Assembly: GCF_000009045.1 (NCBI RefSeq)
Contig: NC_000964.3
Coordinates: 4,092,001-4,156,000 of the forward strand
Direction: 5' to 3'
Length of the DNA stretch: 64,000 nt
Source: Bacillus subtilis subsp. subtilis str. 168
GTDB taxonomy: Bacteria; Bacillota; Bacilli; Bacillales; Bacillaceae
Of this stretch, positions 59,864 to 64,000 are shown piece after piece. Under the pieces are notes generated by a model. It ran no database searches. It had not been told where the DNA came from and saw only the letters and a list, made by a program, of their open reading frames with translations. Position numbers and translations under genes: made by a program. How positions within the stretch are numbered: position 1 is the first letter of the stretch; the number at the start of each line of letters is the position of its first letter.

Positions 59864-61688
59864 CCCAATCATCCTCTTGTTCCTCTTTATATGGAAGAGT
59901 AAATGTAATCGTCGTGCCTTTTCCTTCTATGCTGTCCGCCCAAATATCTCCACCGTGCGCCTGTACCATTTCCTTGGCAATCGCCAATCCCAGACCGGTG
60001 CCGCCAAGCTTTCTCGTTCTCGCTTTATCCACCCTGTAGAAGCGGTCAAAGACTTTTTCGACATCTTTTTTCGGAATGCCGATCCCTTCATCCTTCACGC
60101 TGATATAGAGAAGTTCTTCCTCTTCATTGACATCAATCGAGAACGTGACATGTCCGCCTTCCGGTGAATATTTTAAAGCGTTAGAAATAATATTATCGAG
60201 CACCTGCGTTATTTTATCCTGGTCAATCTCGACATACAGATCTCTGTCCGGCAGATTGCGGATAAACTCCACATGCTGCTCTTTTGTCATTTCAAAACGG
60301 TCAATAATAAGTGACATAAACCGGACAATCTGAATCCATTCCCGGTTAAATTGATAATCTTTACTGTCAAATTTCGACAGCTGAAGCAGATCATTGACAA
60401 GCCGGATCATACGCTCTGTTTCATTTTGCGTCACCATTAAGAAGCGCGGAGCAATGTCTTTATTTTCCCACGCGCCTTCAGCTAACGCTTCTAAATAGCT
60501 GCGCATTGTCGTAAGCGGCGTCCGCAGCTCATGTGATACATTCGCAACGAATTCTCTGCGTTCCTGATCCATTTTCTCTTGTTCGGTTACATCGTAAATG
60601 ACAGCGATTAAACCATCAATTTTGCCGTGTTCCCTTTGAATCACAGAGAAATTCACGCGAAGCACCGTTAATTCATCATCGCGCTCAATTTCAAGCAGCA
60701 TAGAATCCTGCTGTTCCACTAAATCTTCAAAAGTATAATTCTCTTGAAGCCCCAGCAAACTCGTAATCGGCATTTCTAAGGCTGTTTCACGTGAAACGTT
60801 CAACAGTTCCAGCGCCGGGCTGTTTAAGAGAATAATCGCTCCGTTTCGGTTTGTGGCGATAACGCCGTCTGTCATATAAGCAATGACAGAGGCTAGCTTT
60901 CTGCGTTCTCCTTCAGTCATCGCCTGGGCATCTTCAAGCTCTCTCGTTAAGTGGTTAAACGTTGTGGCCAGCTGCCCAATTTCATCATGTCCATACTTTT
61001 TAACCTTCCTCGAGAAATTCCCTTTCGCAAGCTCCATCGCCTGCTTTCGCATATCTGAAAGCGGGTGGGTAATGGTTCTTGCCAGAAAAATACCGAGAAG
61101 AGCCGTCAAAACAAGTGCCAAACCTGTGCCGGACGCCAGTATCGTGTTGATCGTCTTCATTTGATTAAAGACATCTTCCATACTCGCGACAACGTAGATC
61201 GCGCCCACAACCTCTTGGTTTTCAGTCATGACGGGCTTCGCGGAAATAAGAACTCTGATTTTGCTTTTCGGGTCATAATATTTTCTTAAATACGACTGTT
61301 TGGTAGAAAAGATTCTTTTGAAAATCAGATCGGTCGTTTGTTTCCCAGCCACTTCCTCACCGTACGGCTTTGAAGAACCGACCACTTCATAGCTTTTATC
61401 TACAAAGCTAATTTCCCGAACCTCATCACTTTTCGTGAAGTCATTCAAAATACGGCTGACGTCATCCTTTATGACGGTACTGTCGTTATCGCTCTTATAT
61501 TCTTGTTCGATATAATAAGAAAGGTTGTCGATTCGCTGATTCAGCGATTGTTCATAAGAGCTGATCAGCGACTTCTCTACCTGATTGACAAAATACACAC
61601 CAATGATTTGCATGGCAATGATAATCAAAAGCACATAAATCAAGGTAATCTTAAATTGGATCGACCGAAAAAAACCAACCTTATTCAT
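59853..61688 (-). CDS. walK: Essential sensor histidine kinase
   Basis: HAMP, PAS, H-box VSHELRTPL, N/G/F boxes. Confidence 0.96.
   Translation of the reverse strand: MNKVGFFRSIQFKITLIYVLLIIIAMQIIGVYFVNQVEKSLISSYEQSLNQRIDNLSYYIEQEYKSDNDSTVIKDDVSRILNDFTKSDEVREISFVDKSYEVVGSSKPYGEEVAGKQTTDLIFKRIFSTKQSYLRKYYDPKSKIRVLISAKPVMTENQEVVGAIYVVASMEDVFNQMKTINTILASGTGLALVLTALLGIFLARTITHPLSDMRKQAMELAKGNFSRKVKKYGHDEIGQLATTFNHLTRELEDAQAMTEGERRKLASVIAYMTDGVIATNRNGAIILLNSPALELLNVSRETALEMPITSLLGLQENYTFEDLVEQQDSMLLEIERDDELTVLRVNFSVIQREHGKIDGLIAVIYDVTEQEKMDQERREFVANVSHELRTPLTTMRSYLEALAEGAWENKDIAPRFLMVTQNETERMIRLVNDLLQLSKFDSKDYQFNREWIQIVRFMSLIIDRFEMTKEQHVEFIRNLPDRDLYVEIDQDKITQVLDNIISNALKYSPEGGHVTFSIDVNEEEELLYISVKDEGIGIPKKDVEKVFDRFYRVDKARTRKLGGTGLGLAIAKEMVQAHGGDIWADSIEGKGTTITFTLPYKEEQEDDWDEA
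60783..60798. other. parS site inside walK
   Basis: TGTTTCACGTGAAACG, 1 mismatch to the consensus. Confidence 0.8.
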
Positions 61689-61695
61689 ATGGGCA

Positions 61696-62403
61696 TTAGT
61701 CCTGTTCTGGGTTTCTCAAGTAATAACCTACACCACGGCGTGTGACGATCCAATTTGGATGGCTCGGGTTGTCCTCGATTTTTTCACGAAGCCGGCGGAC
61801 TGTTACGTCAACCGTTCTGACATCGCCGAAGTAATCATAGCCCCAAACGGTTTGAAGCAAATGTTCACGGGTCATCACTTGTCCGATATGTTTTGCTAAA
61901 TAATGAAGCAATTCGAACTCACGATGAGTCAATTCGATTGTTTCGTCTCGTTTTGATACAACGTACGCGTCAGGGAAGATGACGAGAGAGCCGATATGAA
62001 TCTCGTTAGAGGAAGGCTCTTCCTCCGCAGGCGCTGTTGTCAGCTGGCGGCGCAGGTTCGCTTTTACACGCGCCAAGAGCTCGCGTGTGCTGAATGGTTT
62101 TGTGACATAGTCATCAGCACCGATTTCAAGCCCGATAACCTTGTCAATTTCTGAATCCTTAGCCGTCAGCATAATGATTGGCATATCGTATTTCTTTCTG
62201 ACTTCGCGGCATACTTCAACGCCGTCTTTATTTGGGAGCATAATATCTAAAAGAATTAAATCAGGCTGAAGCTCTTCTACCATTTCAACGGCTTCGTTTC
62301 CGTCGTGGGCACAGTGCACTTCATAGCCTTCTTTTCTTAAGTTAAATTCCAATATATCTGCAATCGGTTTTTCATCATCTACTACAAGGATCTTTTTATC
62401 CAT
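61696..62403 (-). CDS. walR: Essential OmpR-family response regulator
   Basis: [28 protein letters not shown]. Confidence 0.96.
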   Translation of the reverse strand: MDKKILVVDDEKPIADILEFNLRKEGYEVHCAHDGNEAVEMVEELQPDLILLDIMLPNKDGVEVCREVRKKYDMPIIMLTAKDSEIDKVIGLEIGADDYVTKPFSTRELLARVKANLRRQLTTAPAEEEPSSNEIHIGSLVIFPDAYVVSKRDETIELTHREFELLHYLAKHIGQVMTREHLLQTVWGYDYFGDVRTVDVTVRRLREKIEDNPSHPNWIVTRRGVGYYLRNPEQD

Positions 62404-62786
62404 CATTTTGATTTTCCTCCTGCCGAATGACTTCATTTCATCTATATAACATTCGTTTCATCACTTATGGCCCATGTAAAGAATGGGTCCTTGTCTATTA
62501 TAACGGTTTAAGGTCAAAAGATAAAAAAAATAAAGGTTTAGAAAAAAAACACATGTTTCACCTTTATCGCCAGTTGTTTATCTATTGTCATGCTGGTCAA
62601 CTTTTTTTAAAAAAGATAACTTTATTGAAACCTCCCCTCACCGGAGTGCGTCTTTATCAATGACGTCTTCTTCTTTGAACCGGCCGCAGGGCCGGTTCTC
62701 CCTTTTTCTTCTATTATAACACTCCTCATGTTTGCCTTTTTCCTAAAAGAAAAAACGCACCTACGATTGCAGATGCGTTTGGTAAG

Positions 62787-62859
<73 letters not shown>

Positions 62860-62894
62860 AAATGTTTTATTTTTCTCTACTAAGTAAAGTAAAA

Positions 62895-62971
62895 TGGCGG
62901 TCCGGACGGGACTCGAACCCGCGACCTCCTGCGTGACAGGCAGGCATTCTAACCAACTGAACTACCGGACC
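62895..62971 (-). tRNA. tRNA-Asp (GTC)
   Basis: GGTCCGGTAGTTCAG...CTGTCAC...GTTCGAGTCC...CCA. Confidence 0.95.
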
Positions 62972-63052
62972 TTACAGTAATTGCCCGGAGAGCTGTCGTG
63001 TCAGCTCTCACAGACAAATAAGGAATTTAGCAATAACGCTAAAGTAAATCAA

Positions 63053-63124
63053 TGACCCGTACGGGATTCGAACCCGTGTTACCGCCGTGAAAGGGCGGTG
63101 TCTTAACCGCTTGACCAACGGGCC
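63053..63124 (-). tRNA. tRNA-Glu (TTC)
   Basis: GGCCCGTTGGTCAAGCGG...CTTTCAC...GTTCGAATCC. Confidence 0.95.
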
Positions 63125-63133
63125 TTCACGAAA

Positions 63134-63209
63134 TGGTGAGCCATGAAGGACTCGAACCTTCGACCCTCTGATTAAAAGTCAGATGCTCTACCAACTGAGC
63201 TAATGGCTC
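63134..63209 (-). tRNA. tRNA-Lys (TTT)
   Basis: GAGCCATTAGCTCAG...CTTTTAA...GTTCGAGTCC...CCA. Confidence 0.95.
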
Positions 63210-63300
63210 TTAAAGATGTCGGAATTTCTATAGAGCAAACGACTTAAATCTAGTTCTCATCTTGTACTCTATTGAAGCAGTTTCCGTAACAACGAGATTT

Positions 63301-63329
63301 ATAATATCACGAACAAATAGAAGTGGCAA
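63301..63329 (-). promoter_or_regulatory. SigA promoter of the tRNA cluster
   Basis: TTGCCA, 17-bp spacer, TATTAT with an extended -10 TG. Confidence 0.7.
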
Positions 63330-63390
63330 TAACTTTTTTGGTTTTTTTTCATATTTTTTTCTCAGACCAACTTATATGCGGCTTTCAAAC

Positions 63391-63418
63391 AAAAACAAGC
63401 CCCTTAAATAGGGGCTTG
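63391..63418 (-). terminator. purA terminator
   Basis: CAAGCCCC...GGGGCTTG followed by TTTTT on the minus strand. Confidence 0.75.
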
Positions 63419-63432
63419 CAGACATATTCTAT

Positions 63433-64000
63433 TTAGTTCGCACGGTACACACTGCGAAGGACATTTGTTTGTGAGCGGTCTGGACCGACAGAGAAAATAG
63501 AAAGCGGAATGCCTGTCAGCTGAGACACACGCTCAAGATAATGGCGCGCATTTTCCGGAAGCTCGCTCAAGCTCTTCGCACCTGTAATATCCTCAGTCCA
63601 GCCCGGCATTTCTTCATATACCGGCTCACATTCAGCAAGTGCCTTAAGACTTGCTGGGAATTCTTCAATGATTTCGCCTTTGTAGCGGTACGCCACACAG
63701 ATTTTCAACGTTTCAATTCCTGCTAGGACGTCAATTGAGTTCAGAGAAAGATCTGTAATTCCGCTCACACGGCGGGCGTGGCGGACAACAACGCTGTCAA
63801 ACCAGCCGACACGGCGCGGGCGGCCTGTTGTTGTTCCATATTCGCGTCCGACTTCACGGATTTGATCGCCGATTTCATCTTTCAGCTCAGTCGGAAAAGG
63901 ACCGTCGCCGACACGAGTCGTATATGCTTTTGATACACCGACAACGTGCTTGATTTTGGTCGGGCCGACACCAGAACCGATCGTGACACCGCCGGCAACC
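63433..64000 (-). CDS. purA: Adenylosuccinate synthetase (3' part; truncated by the window edge)
   Basis: [31 protein letters not shown]. Confidence 0.95.
   Translation of the reverse strand, partial: VAGGVTIGSGVGPTKIKHVVGVSKAYTTRVGDGPFPTELKDEIGDQIREVGREYGTTTGRPRRVGWFDSVVVRHARRVSGITDLSLNSIDVLAGIETLKICVAYRYKGEIIEEFPASLKALAECEPVYEEMPGWTEDITGAKSLSELPENARHYLERVSQLTGIPLSIFSVGPDRSQTNVLRSVYRAN

Overview
This window looks like the origin-proximal Bacillus subtilis (168-like) chromosome from yxbG to purA. The identification rests on recognising the proteins and gene order from memory; no database search was run. Most of it is ordinary, well-known content: qdoI/qdoR, the gnt operon, ahpCF, bglA, the epe (yydF-J) epipeptide RiPP cluster, fbp, rlmH, rapG-phrG, rocDEF/rocR, walRK-yycHI-walJ-htrC, four tRNAs, two parS sites and a DnaA-box cluster. 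The main finding is at 3.3-10.4 kb. The 118-bp triplication upstream of the asnH operon (5049-5356) encodes three identical, SD-preceded 22-aa peptides, MKKAYKKPRLFELRRAVAAGGH. All 5 differences between copies are synonymous, and the peptide carries a YxxPxL RRE-binding motif. It lies beside a SAM methyltransferase, a PqqD/RRE protein, an asparagine-synthetase-like amidotransferase with an RRE-like C-terminal extension, an MFS exporter, and a divergent JmjC oxygenase plus GNAT. Together these point to a cryptic, non-lasso RiPP biosynthetic cluster. The second finding is yydB-yydC-yydD, which has the effector / small protein / SMC-like ABC ATPase layout of ABC-three-component (Lamassu-like) anti-phage systems and sits in an AT-rich cassette right after the rlmH 3' end.
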